NCBI RefSeq assembly: GCF_009914755.1
Contig: NC_060934.1
Length of the DNA stretch: 64,000 bases
Direction: 5' to 3' (one strand)
From: the human T2T-CHM13v2.0 reference genome, Homo sapiens
A program made the translations under genes and the position numbers. The notes under the pieces were generated by a model. The model did not search any database. It had not been told where the DNA came from and saw only the letters and a program-made list of their open reading frames with translations. Position 1 is the stretch's first letter; each line of letters starts with the position of its first letter. This document shows, piece by piece, positions 30,601 through 54,419 of the stretch.

Positions 30601-30896
30601 AAACACATAGCAAAAAAATGAAAATGATTATTACTGAATTTTAAGCAAATGAGCACACTTTGTCATCAACTTTGCTCATCTCTATCATTTTGATTTCATT
30701 TTAGTATTCTTCTTAGTATGAAAGTTACTTTAGTTATTGTTGCTATAGCTTGCCATGTAGAAGAATCTTGTTAATGAATCACATTTTTAAGTGAACCTGT
30801 TCTATTTGGCATTTTAATTTTATTTTCCTCTTTGACATCAATGGTCAAAGCCACCATTTCTACTCTTTAAAGTAAATTTCTTTTATTTGTTTATAA

Positions 30897-31112
<216 letters not shown>

Positions 31113-34100
31113 TAGAATAATGTTCACAGCCTTTCTTGTACTAGTCAGGTTCCTGATACTGACACATCAAATGTCAGTGAACACGCAGAGGCTACTTTTG
31201 TGTTCTCTATCCTATTTTGGAGTTATTTCTCAAATGTTTTCTTCCTTGGCTTCTACCAGATTGCTTTCTATAATTCTACTCCTAATTCTGAGTGTCCTTT
31301 GCTAATATGTCCTCCAATCCCCACATTTAAATCCTCATCCATATCTAAATGTATCCCTGGGCCCTCTCATTCATTCCAGTGGCTTTAATAGCCAATATGC
31401 CATTGGCCCCTATGTCATAATCACCAGCTGCTCTTTCTTCTTGTGAGCCCTCATGTCTGTACTTCCAAGTGCATGTTAGCAAACCACTTATTCACTTATT
31501 CAGCAGGCTTTATGCTGGGCAGTGGGGACACAGATACGTGAAGCAAAATCCTTATCCTCAAATTTCTCAGAGTATTACAGAAAAAACAGGACAGACAAAC
31601 ACATCCCTCTTGTAAAATGTGTTAACTCTGCTATAAAAATAGGCAAAGGGTACACTGAGGGCAAGGAGGAGGGAACCCTGCCTTGGTTGGTAGTGGTTAG
31701 GGAAAGGGAAAAATATCTACATTTTGCCCAAGTGGTGAAACTTGAATTTATCAAACTGAGTACATGGTCATCCAGAGAGATAAAGATCATTCCAGCCCCA
31801 ACCCTAGTCCCCTTGTTTTTAACATCAAATCTGGCCATAGAAAGGGTGAAGGAATGAAATAGAAGAAGAGGTGGCTTCCTAGCTTCCTTCTTTCCCCACA
31901 CACCCACATCTAACGTTCTCTTCACCCACCGCTATTCTCTCCTGCCAATAGTGGTCTCACAGATGATCTCATAGATGACTTCTCTGCCACCTCTTCCCCT
32001 CACCTTCACCCACACATTCCCTGAATCCCTCAGGCCAACCTCATTTCCTTATTTGAAAAACAGGAATGTTTATTTGAAGTTTAGATACATTTGGTGTTTT
32101 CAGTTTTTGTGTATTCTGAGACCTATATATATGCTCTCTGTCTTTGCTTGTGAGGATCCAAATGATTTGTTTCTCTTTGTTACTGGCGATAAAACAGTCC
32201 AGCAAACTTCCAGACATCACAGGCCTGCCTCAGGAGCAGGAGGCTGGATGATACCTGTGACTTCTGTACTTCAGTCTGGAGGCTGAGAGAAATATAAACT
32301 GGCTGCAAATCAAAGAAAGATGGACTAATTGTACTACTTCTAGAAATTACTGCTTGTAGATATCACATCTAATAAGGAAGTGTGATGTTCAATTACATAC
32401 CCATTTGCTACCACCTTTCTTCTGAGGATACCAGGGATTAGCTTTCAATGTAGCAGATACTTATTAAGAATCTACTGCACACAAGATCCACTTCAGGGCA
32501 CATGAGTGTGAGTAAGAAGCTATCACTGTGGTCTGGGATGGAGAATTTGACATTGATTGGGCTAACTCTCATGGGAGGTGGATGACAAAGTCAGACATGA
32601 AAGAAGTAGAGGCAGAAAGTCAAGGGAAGCTTGTAGAGAGGAAAGTTAGGGAAGGGAGAAGCAGGTGGGCCTGACCACTGCCAGAGATCTGCGGGCCAGC
32701 ACTCCCTCCCTCCTCCACTTCTGACTTTCCTTTTCCCTCAGCTACCTGAAGCGCTTGTTTTCACTTAACCATTCCCTGTCAGAGCCCCTGAACTGTGACC
32801 TAGAATACCACAGCAGGGAGCTGGAGAAAGGCCCAGGCCAGCAGGGCTCTCCAGCAGATGTCAGAAGAGATCGCCAGTCCTCCCCACGCTGGAGCTCTGA
32901 AGGGTTGATCCTCAGAAGCACCCATCATTGCACATGTTCCCCAGCCAGCCGCAACACAGAGTAGAGTTGCCTGAGCCCAGACATGTAACTGATGTGGGAA
33001 TTTCAGCAGTGTGTACAAGTCTTCACCAGTGAAATGCATTTAAAGGATCAAAACTAACTTATAAATGGATTTTTCGGAACGTAATCAGTTAGGGACTGCA
33101 CGCTTATCTTCTTAGTTGTATTTTGAATAAATGTAAGCATTCTCAGAGAGGTCAGTACTATGGAGGAATTCAAAATACTAGTGTAGCGATTCATCAAAAT
33201 CATGGGCATCTGATGCCCTACCTAGTTTTTTGACTGATCCTAGCAGGATTCTGCTATGCCTCCTGTACTAGCCTGGGGATACCACAGTAATTCTAGTCCT
33301 AGGAAGTGGCCAGTAGAATTAGAAAAATGGAATCCCGGTAGCTTTTTCCAGATTTGACTCAAAGAAGAGTCCGACTTCACAAACAGATCACAGAAGACCT
33401 AAACTCTCACATGGGTTTCTGGGCTAAGATGAAAAGTTTGGTGCAAAAGCCCTCCAAGTAGCAACGAGAGGTGTTAGCATATCAAGGTGTCATGGTATGA
33501 CATTTTCATTCCATCTTAACTTTTTTCTTGGCTGTATTGCTCTTGTAAGGGTTTTGCCTTTGGCTAGAAAAAAAAAAAAAAAGATGCAGAGAAAACCTTA
33601 TCTTCAAGTGAAGGGGAAATCATTTTGGAAGGATATTAGCAAAGTAGCAACTGTGAAATTTTGGCCACCGTATTACATGATCATGAACTGTAGCGAGGAC
33701 ATTGCTTTTCCTTTAATTTTATAAGATACTTCCTCTGATCAGTAAACTTAGTGCTTATTAAAGTACAGTATGTCAGCCAAGTGAACATACCCTGCTTACT
33801 GGTATCAAACTTAGGTATATTTTTCACAGCATCTCACTACTAAAGGTACTTTGTTTTGAAAAGGATATATTTTGAAAGGATTAAGTTCCTAGAATTTTGA
33901 TATCTCATTAAATGAAAAGATGGTTCTTCATATGCTAGGATATTTCTCACTCCGAGTTGAATCTGGTTTTCTCATTATTTGAGTAGTTATCACAGTTGTC
34001 ACCAGAGAGAACATTCTGGAAAGCACTTGATTAATGTGACTTGATACATTTTAATTTTGAGCTTTCTTTGTTCCTTTTGCCTTTCTCCCACCGGTATCTA

Positions 34101-34162
34101 GCATATAACTATTGCCAATAGAAGTAATAAGCTCCAGTTTAGTACTGTATATTCAAAGATAA

Positions 34163-35080
<918 letters not shown>

Positions 35081-35705
35081 TAAATAAATTTATTTACTAA
35101 TAAAAGTCCCTGGGAACTATACAATAACTGAATTAAACACATAATTAATAACTGGTAGATTGTTTTATCTGGGTTGATGGGCCCGCAAACATTTTTAATA
35201 AAATGTCTCAGGGATTGTGCTATTCAAATAGCCAGGAACTTTTAACCCAATTTACCGTGGTAACAATAGTATAAAATATGATAGAAACCTCATGTAGTCG
35301 TGATACTAGAGATTGGTTTATACAGCTTACTAAAATGCTGAGGCTCGACAGTGAAAAGTTTGATGTATCTTTAATTAGATCTTTAATTAGAGCTAAAAAA
35401 AAAAAGTCGTTTTAAGTTTTCTAAATCCTCCAAAGTTTATGCTTTCTCCCTTTCACAAATTTGAGAAGACATAATTAGGTATCAGATTTTGATAGGTAGC
35501 CACACCGAAGCATATACAGTGAAGATGAAAGTCTGCATGTCACATCATGACAGTGAATGAGCAGTCATGGAAAATAAGGAATCACAAAGAAAAAACGCAG
35601 AGAAAAGTTCCCTCCTGGAGAATATCTCATGCCAATCATAGGTGTGTTTCAGCTGTTTCTAGAGAGGAGCATAGGAAGCAACAGGTTTTAGGGCTTCTCA
35701 TGGGT

Positions 35706-35763
35706 ATACATGCAATTTGTCTCTGATACATACAATTTATCTCTGATACATACAATTTATCTC
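35706..35763 (+). repeat. 20-bp tandem repeat x~2.9 (atacatacaatttatctctg)
   Basis: Direct observation. Confidence 0.9.
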
Positions 35764-36527
35764 CTATAAATTGGTGCTATGGAAAGATCGCAAGAACCGG
35801 CTTCTGTAAATACCAATTCCACTTCCTCCTTTCTCTTTCTAGGCATTTAACCTTCATAAAATCACTTTATGTGTTAGCACTGTTATTTTCTCCAGTGTGA
35901 AATGAAGAGTTTTAACTGGATGATCTCTAAAATACATGAATTTCCAGGGTAATCAATGGTGTATGAAGTAATAAAAGAAATATCATAATGGGTTAGTTCC
36001 AAGAAAGACTATCTAATATTCCTGAGTCCCTAAACTCCCCTTTTTGTATTTGACAGTGGCTGAGCCTATGAGAAACACAATAACTGCACTTGGACCCTTC
36101 CTTAGTGCGAGAGGTGTGGCCCAGACATCTCCAACTTCTAGCTGTCAGTAGAGATCTGCCATTTTTAATTTACCCATCCCCTTCCTACTCTTCTTAAGCA
36201 TGTGGAAATAGTGAGCTTAACGAACATACAGTTCTTCTCACTCCAAAGACCAAATCAGGGATTAGAACTCAGACCTGCTATGCCGTGGAGACATGAGATG
36301 TAGAATTACCAAGGCATCCACTAGAAGCTGGCCAGTAATGCCATGGAGTAAATTCACTGCTCCATGGAACAAAGCTAGAGGCTGTCCCAGCAGGAGCCTC
36401 ACACTCAACCCAGCAGGACAGCCGTGTTCTCAGAGCCAGGATGCGGACACGATAGAGGCGGGGGGCAGAATGGAAAGAGAAACCAGAATAGAGCAGCCCT
36501 GAAATCAGGGTAAAAGACTGGAAAGAA

Positions 36528-36931
<404 letters not shown>

Positions 36932-37214
36932 TCAGAAACCTGGGAAGGAGTCGATCAGAACAGAATTCTGCATGTAGCATGACGTGCTTGGCAGTTTTAA
37001 AGAAAAATGTGAGATGGCAAGTATTCAGAGCACAAGGGGGGAAGGTTGTCAGGTGAGAACTTTATCAGGCCTTGGTGCAAGGGACAGGGTGGGCCCTGGA
37101 GAGGAACATGAGAGTCCCCAAGAGTGCTGGTAAGGCGTTTCCCAGCCCCCGGTGCCTGCAGAACTCTCTGTATTCTTTTCCTTGATTTAACCTGACACAT
37201 GACCTTCTTTTTAG

Positions 37215-37370
<156 letters not shown>

Positions 37371-38850
37371 TAGAGTTAGAACTTCCTGAATGGGAAGGAA
37401 ATGCCAGATACTTTGTTTATTAGTTTCCCACCATTATTCTATGGCAGATTTGAGGAGCCTGTGTCCTGTCTTAGGAGAACCTTTATTTCATTTCTTATAT
37501 GGAGATACAGTTTTTTTAGGATGTTCTACCCACTTTCTACCTTCTCTGACTTAATTCCCCTCCATTTAGTATGTTTTCCTTTTTTCATTTTAACTAGAAC
37601 TTGGCATATGACGCCACAAGGGAATAAAAGGGGGTGGTATAGAGAGGGGGGCTGGCAGGAGGCAGATTTGATAAGAGAGCGCAAAAATAGAAATAGAAAT
37701 ATTTCTATTTCCTTTGTCAACATCTGCAACCTTGAGTATAGAGTGTGGAAGGTGCAAAACCCCATTATACAAGAAGTATTGTTATTGAACTTTTTTCTAG
37801 TCAACCTATTATACTAAACTGGTGAGGAATTCAATCTCAATAATTTTCAGACCTCCCTCTCCCCAGAGTTGTGCAAAGGTTATATGGCCTTGCACACCAC
37901 CAAAAGATCAGGTACACCCTGTAGTCTCTGGTCATTTGCCCATGAAGTTACTGTTGGGACACTCATGGCTCCAGCTGGCCTCCATGAGCCCTTCAAGTTG
38001 GGAGGTCTGGCTGCTCCCACACCCTGCAGGTGGCACCTAGACTGTGGAGGTCTGGAGCCTCATATTATCCATGCCCACTCCAGGTAGCCATTCTCTCTGC
38101 AGTCTTATGACCTCCCCCAGGAGCTGTCACGGTAAAGTTCAGGAGTCCCACGACTTTGAACCCTGCTGACCTCTGCCCAGAAGAATCTGCATTTATTTTC
38201 CCTTGCTTTCTTGGAGGCCCTCCGCAATCTCACTGCCCCGTTCAGGGATCCCTGACATCATCTCTGCAATGAGTTTGGCTGTTACCAAAGACAGGAGGAG
38301 CCACTGACCTCATGCAACTTCTAATTTCTTCCCTGAAAAAATCTCTGAGGCAGAAATATACTAAGATGCACTTGGCTATTTGCCTGATATGAGAGGAAGG
38401 GGAAATACCTTAATGTTTTCATCAATTATTCTGCCACATCGTTTTCAAGTCAAGAATTGCAGTGAAGCTGACCACAAATGGCTCTTTGGTGCCCTTCATT
38501 CCTGCTGCTCTCCTGCTCTCTGGCCCTGGCTGAGAGCCTCCTGCTGTGAAGAAGAGAGACTAGCAAGTCAGAGCCCAGAGGCCCATTCATTTGGCTGCTG
38601 CAATGGCCTGTGCCCAGGAGGCATGCTGGCAGGGTAGGAGCTGAGGGAAGGCCAGGGCTTCAGGTTCCCTCATGGTCACAGAAGTGGCAGCACTGGTGAG
38701 TGTGGGGCAGAGAGGAGCAGGTGGTGTGGGGAAGCAAGGAAGCCAGGCAGCTCACCCCAGGCCGCTGCTGGAAAGGAGAGGTACAAATGGGAGGCAGCGT
38801 CCTGGGAGGAAGTAGAGGTCGCCACCAAGATTTTCACTTTTGAACATCTC

Positions 38851-39916
<1,066 letters not shown>

Positions 39917-40115
39917 TAATTTTTCTTAAATGTATGCATAGTTCACATATATTTCAGTGTTGGTCTCTGTTGAGAAGTTTGGTAATGTTTTTGTGACCAA
40001 AAATATACCATAAGAAGTTAACTCTTGTTTATATCAGTCTATTGTAAAATTGGTCATTTCGCTTAAAGTTGCAGTTTCTAAGAACCCATTGACATTGTCA
40101 AGTGAGAACTTACTG
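39917..40115 (-). mobile_element. MER82-like TcMar-Tigger fragment (one end only)
   Basis: Reverse strand reads ta|cagtaagttctcacttga...gggttcttagaaactgcaactttaagcgaaa; TIR plus TA target. Confidence 0.7.
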
Positions 40116-40119
40116 TATG

Positions 40120-42480
<2,361 letters not shown>

Positions 42481-43756
42481 TCATTTTTCAAAGAATAGCC
42501 TTAGCAAACTGCTAGCTAATCTAACCACTGAATAAAATATTGCAGAATTGGAATTGTAATACTGTAAGTAATTCAGCTTAATCTTCACATACGCGAGGTG
42601 GTTCATTAACAACAAGAGCCCCTAAGTCTAGGGTTCTAGAAGAGTTGAGTGACTAGTTAGTGAGAACAAGATGGTCATCTCCAGTATAGCGGATACTCTC
42701 CATCCCTCGCTAACTTCACTTCTATATAAAATTAAGAATCTGAATAATATTATTGCAACCTGGTAGAGGACTTCCACAGCCACATGTGGTAAGACTAGAG
42801 TGTCATCTCCAGATCTGTCACCTTTGCTGCCATGCTGTCTCAAGCCACTAAAAGTTTCTTTGATACTCCTCCAGCCAGCTTGTGATCAGATGTGCTCTAA
42901 TAAAGAATAATCACTTTTTAAAAATACTGGTATATTTCAGCTCATCTTGATAGGAACCAAAAACCCTTTTATCTATGTGTTATGAAGTATGAGCGGAGGG
43001 AAAGAAAAAAACAAATGTTGTGTGTTTAAAGTCAGAGAATGTTCTTCAATTCTGTATTTTTAACAGGCCAATCTAAGAAAATGACTATGAACAGTCAATA
43101 AATAATTTTTTTAAGTTTGGCTCTCTGGGAAAAATTATTCCAAGTTTTCACCTCAGGCTATGTATATAAATTTTTTAAATAAATGAATACCCACTTCATT
43201 TTGAAAAATAGCCAAGATGTAATTAGATGCCACCTCTGAGTTTTCCTTATTCTCCAAGCAAATAAACATGTATTTTGGTTGTTTGGCTGTATCCATAGTT
43301 GGTGGGCAGTCATACACAGAAGACGTGCTCACAGTGCTCCGCATAACAGCTCATTCTCCCCAACAAAGACCTCACTCTCAGGGCACCCTTGGTATCACCA
43401 TGTGCATTCGCATGTGCTTCTGTTGTGGCGCCCTGTTTTGATGACTGCTCACATATAAGCGAGATGACCAGGCAGGTGTGTGTGTAATCTAACTCCTTGG
43501 ACTAGAACAAAACGAACTGGCTTTTGAGGACTGTAATCCATGCGAGATGACAGCCCAAGGAAAATGACAGAAGTGGAGTGCCAAGATGTAGCGATAATGT
43601 GCAAGAGACAAGCGACAGTCCAGAGGGTGTATCTGTGGGTCTCACCCCCCACACAGGCTGCTTTATCCTCCTGCTTCTCCTGCCACAACTAGGAGAGACA
43701 TGTGGGGCAGGAACCTTACCTGAACCTACCAGTATTGTTAAAAAACTAAATGTTTC

Positions 43757-44120
<364 letters not shown>

Positions 44121-44455
44121 TCAGAGAGCGGCCAAAAGCTACAAGCCCATGACCTATAGGATGGGTAGAGGTGGAAGCTATCCCTGGGGCATCGGCATTC
44201 AGTTGGCAGGAAGAGAAAGGCCACGGGAGTGGTTGTGCAGTTCAGAATGGGGCTGGGGGTGGCAGTTGCCTCTTGAGAAGGTCAGAGAAGACTGCGAGTC
44301 AGATCCCCTAAATAGTAACACATCCCCTAAGTTCTAGGGACACTCAGAGCAGGACAAGCACGTACCCTTAGCTTTTCACCTCAAATAAACTCAAGAGAAC
44401 AGAGATATCCCAGAGTAGACGCAAGAGGTCAAATCCAGGGCAAGCATGAGAATTA

Positions 44456-44575
44456 AGGGTACGAAGGCTCAGGCCTGTAATCCCAGCTACTCGGAAGGCT
44501 GAGGTGAGAGGGTTAGAGCCCCGGAATTCGAGACCAGCCTGGGCAACATAACAAGACCCCATCTCTTAATAAAAA
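44456..44575 (+). mobile_element. Alu monomer (FLAM-like)
   Basis: Single arm; flanking gagaatt repeat. Confidence 0.7.
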
Positions 44576-45781
44576 GAGAGAGAGAATTGAACATGTCCGT
44601 CGGTGCTAAAGGAAGGAGGCCATGCAAGGCAGAGAGGACTCCTTTGGAACTGTCCTGTCCATAAGCTCAGAACTGTGTGCAGCTCTCTTTAAGTCTAGAA
44701 CCAGTGCCAAAACAGCCAGCCTGGCCAAGGGCAGATGAGGTGACTGGTGGAAATGGCAGCTTCCAGAAGGCAGGTTGCAACCATGACTAGAGTGAGTCTG
44801 CCTTTAACATGCAGCGATGAAAATTCCTCTCCTAAGATTTCCCATAGATCACTCTATTGCTTGAAGGTCATAGACTCTTAGGAGGAAATGGAAATTTACA
44901 AAAACTGAAAAGTTGATTTATTAAGGAAAAAATTACAGTAACAAGTGCATTTCTGTTCTGCTAATATTTGATTTAGACATGTGATATTTCTGCAAATTAT
45001 ACTCTGCATGTATACTTAAGTAAAACAGTGTAATTATCATTAAAATGAGACTAATACTGAAATTTAATTTTCTAAATCAATTTTCCCTGGCAATGAGTTT
45101 TAAATCTATCTTCTTTCTTCTGAATGCAAAAAAGCGGGGATGTTAGGTGATTCATTATCCAAAAAAAGTGCATTTCTGACAAACCAAAACACTTAATGAC
45201 ATTATTACCACAACTGCAACGTAAATAAATATCTTACCTTCTGGCTACTGAATACAGCAATAACCTTTACAAGCTAATATTTACCACGCACAACCCACAA
45301 AATAGCCACAAACCTTATTATGCTAGTACCCACATTGATATGCTGCTGATAATTTGTGATTATAAATGTTTATGTCACTTTTGTAATTAAGGGGTTAGGA
45401 TGAGGTTAGTAGAGAGTATTTATATTTTTCCAAAGGAGCAAAAATTCACAGATCCATTAGAGGCCAAATAAATGTATGCCTCTCTGAAATATTTGTATGC
45501 TGATAAGCTCATGGGAAGTTTGCTCTTTAAAAAAATATTCTGAAGGAATTTAAGCAGAGCAATCATAGTCTGTTGAATGCAATACATTCATCATAATTTT
45601 CATTCACTGGCTGGCCACCTTGCATTGCAATATCTTAAGTGAGACACCCCTTAAGACTAGTCAGCCCTCTGGCTTTAGATTATCCTGGTGAAGAAACAAT
45701 GTCAAGAAGCTAACACTAAAGCAGATTAGATTTTCAGAAATTCTGAAAATTCAATGCATTTTGATTTTTAGATCTCCATGA

Positions 45782-47560
<1,779 letters not shown>

Positions 47561-47805
47561 TAGTGATCCAGTTCACAGAAGTATATGAATATCTACTATT
47601 CACTTAGCACTACATCTCTAAGCTGAAATGAAATCACAGTCTTTGCATCTCCAAACACTACCACATGTAGATCACCAATGAAATGACACAAAGACATCAA
47701 AACCTAAGTCATGATCCCCACCATCTAGAGACTTCGAGTTCCACTATTTAAAAAAAAAAATTCACAGTGAAAAATAGTAAGCGGCAAGAATATGGGATTA
47801 GGTTC

Positions 47806-49891
<2,086 letters not shown>

Positions 49892-50236
49892 GGTTTAAAA
49901 TGGCTTGTGCAACTAGCAAGTACCATTTATGCTCAATGAAAGAGAGATCACTGGGGAGTCAGTGAAAGCTTCATGAAAGAGATAGGATTGAAGGTGGACA
50001 TTGAACAAGCTTAAGATTTCAGTGAGGCTATGAAAAGCTTTTCTATGAGAAGGTGAGAAAAAGCAAAGTTACACCTATAAACATCGTCTATCAGGGCTTC
50101 AGTGAGATAACTGGACTGACAAGAGGAGAAAGTCCATTTGGGGGGAAATGGGAGATAAAACTGAAATTGCTAAGATTGTAAATAACCTGGAGTCAGAAGT
50201 TTAACTTGATGAAGAAAGAAAAAAGAGGCATCATCA

Positions 50237-50659
<423 letters not shown>

Positions 50660-53033
50660 CTACCACAGTTATTAAATGAGTCGTTTCATCCAGAGTGATT
50701 GCAATGGCAAATGAGACTAGGTGGTGGATGAATATTAGATATTTCAAAGGATGTGTCAAAACAATGGACAGAAGTTAATGATTGCTTGTCTGTAGGAAAT
50801 GAAGAAGAGGCACACGGCAAAGGTGTTATCATTGTTTTCAACCTGGGAAGCAGAAATAATGCTGCCATTGAGGTTGTAGTGTACAGAATGTTAGATGGAG
50901 AAGAATGATGACTGTGGGTTCATTTGAGTCTGAGAGAGAAGTATTCAGTAAGGAGTAAGAAATTAGGGCAGGAGCTCCTATGGGATGGGAGGGTCAAACC
51001 TGAGGTGTGCATTAGGAACACCAGAAATTGCCAGGACCTGAGGAGAGGATGATTCAATCCAGGAGGCAAGGGGAAGATCACTTAGTCATCTTAAGCACTT
51101 ACTATGTGTCAAGTATTTCTATAAGTACTGGGAATACAAAGAAAAATAAGATAAGTCATCTACCTTCAGAAACTTTATCCTGAGTCATGAAGACAAGGGG
51201 TGTTTAATAATGCTTAATGATGAAGGGTCAGAGACAACAGGGACAGATAAAGGACCTTTGGATTTGTTGGTGAAATGCACCCTTCACCTTCTATTTGACA
51301 TTAATTTTAATGTCAAAAACTGCAATTCCCTTTGCACCAACCTAATAGAAAGCATTTTCAATAGACAAATCAGATTGAATGGGGGAATATTTGATGAAAA
51401 AATGAACACAAGATCAATAATGCCTTTATTCCCAGAACCTTTTTTTGTTTTTCACTCTCTTGGCAATTATTCAGCTTCTTGGCCATCTTCATTTTAATTA
51501 ATTTGTATTATGATAGTAATGTTCTGATATTTTAATTCAGATTTTAAATAATATTGAAGCCAAGTTAAAATTTAGTCACATACCACATTCATGTTTCTAA
51601 AAATATTAAGAATATCTAATAACTTATACCATATTTTTATGTTTCTTGCCATTCAGATTCAAATGAGTAATATAAATGGATATGACAAATGCATTTTGAA
51701 ATGATAAAAGTTTGCAAGAGCCAATAGAAGCTATTTAATAATCAGCACTGGGAGAGAGGATAATGAGAAGGAAAAAAATAAAAGACCACTATTTATGATG
51801 GTGGCAAGAATTCAGGCCTTACCATCTTTCCTCGTGCCTGTGACAGTCTAAGATGGATCCAGAAATGGCTCAGATATTTGGACTCCCTCCACCTCCTCCA
51901 TCTATTCCTTGAAAAAGGGAGAGAGGGAATGGGAGATGAACCTCCAGGGATGGGTTGGACAGTGCTTTCACTTTTGTTTATTACTAATCTGTACTAACAT
52001 GGTCTCATTGACAAAGATCTCTTTTTGTTTTATTCAAAAAAGACAGTAATGTATGATAGTTGAGGTTTCTCTGAGGAGCATTGTTCCATGCACTACACCT
52101 CTGTGAAGTACTCCCAATTAGCTGATCTCCTTTGTCACCCAGACATTTCCCATACCTTTTGGAATGAATGAGCTGGATAATGTCAGAATATGAATACTTC
52201 TGTGATCAGTGTCTTTACTTAGTGGGCTGGTCAGGGAACTAGAAGGTTAGACGTCTATGAGTCTTTCACCCTCGGTTGAAGCTGATTTACACTTGCCAGT
52301 CACAGTTGTTTACATATAATAAATATAAATATTCATTTATTTGATTAGTCTAGTTTGGGACAGCTCTGTTTCTCTGTGTATTTCAACATCTGGGGATTAG
52401 GAATCATCACTCCCCCTTTACTGTATGCAAGAATGAGCTATTACTGCTTTTAAAGTCCTACCTAGAAATATGTGCTCAGGTGTATTGAATGAAGCTTTCC
52501 AATAAGTACCATACCCAACTCACACTTGTATCCTGATCTATCTGTCGAGCAGACATTCTTGCGCAAACAGAGTCGGTGGATGGGGTGGTCAAGAATCATG
52601 AAAAAAGTAGAAATATGTAATGAGGTCTATTAGCTCTGTAAATACAAAGCCACTTGTAATGAACATGAACATCCAAGTGTACAGATCACCAGAGGCTCTG
52701 ACGGTGTTGCTCCCGGTTTGAGATCTTGGCTATATTAACAGAAAGAGTAGGAAAAGACAAAAAAATTTATTCTCTCTTGGTCACTCTTTTAATGTCATAT
52801 CTAAAACAGCTGTTGGTTTGAGGTTCTAAATTTTGGAGAAAGAATAGATTAGGCTTTTGAGAAAGAGTCAACTCTGCAAATGAGCTGTCTCTTCATTTGG
52901 GGCCATAACATATGAGGCAGTACTTAAAAATGAAGATCGTGCAGTGCTTGGATAGACGGGTCACTGCGTGAGGCTGGTACAAGGGGGAGGGAAGGGACAG
53001 AAGAGGTTCTGTGAGCATAACATTCCTTTTTAA

Positions 53034-53465
<432 letters not shown>

Positions 53466-53613
53466 TGCATTGGTTTTCTTTTTCTTCCTCTTGTTTTCTT
53501 CCCCTTAGCTCTCAAAGTCCTAGACCACCAGACAACTAGAGGAAAGCACATGGTGAGGAGTAGGATAAGGGTTGGTTATGCAGCAAACGTATTTCCTTTT
53601 TCTCCAGCCTTAG

Positions 53614-53868
<255 letters not shown>

Positions 53869-54419
53869 TAATGGCCAGTGTGAAAACTGTGGCTAGATTA
53901 GTTCAGGCACAAAGGAAGGCCTGGCAGGACAGAGATGCGCTTGGTCTCCTCTTCACTGCCCTCCCCTGGCTGGGGATCTGGGCACTTTGATCTCCTCCAG
54001 CCCTTCTTCCTCACATTCAAGCCTCTCCCATGGTAGTACCTACCATGTCCTCCTTGCAGCTTTCTCTGCTGGTCCATTAATATGAGCTGATATGAAAATA
54101 TCAACTCAGAAAGAGAAACCCATCATAGCAGGAGCTCTCCAGAGAGGGGCCCTGGTGTAAATGGGTGGGTTATGGTGAAACTAGAAGAAAAGGAAAGAAG
54201 AGGGGAAACAGACGTTTATTAAGCATCTTTTAAATTCCAGGCCTAGAATAAGGCTTGTTCACATCCACTGTGATAGCTAATCCTGGAAATATCCCTGAAT
54301 GTATTATCCATATCTCTCAGATCAGGATTCTGAGACACAGATAAGCATGCCTTAGCTGCCAGGCCATTCATTTTATTGAGGTCTTCTGACCCCTCAGCTC
54401 CTGCTCACTAACAGCATGA

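Noticed and set aside
36341-36367. ccatggagta/tgctccatgg hairpin
   Set aside because: Short stem based on a self-palindromic CCATGG; expected by chance in 64 kb
52559-52566. Perfect C/EBP palindrome TTGCGCAA
   Set aside because: Isolated 8-mer with no supporting context
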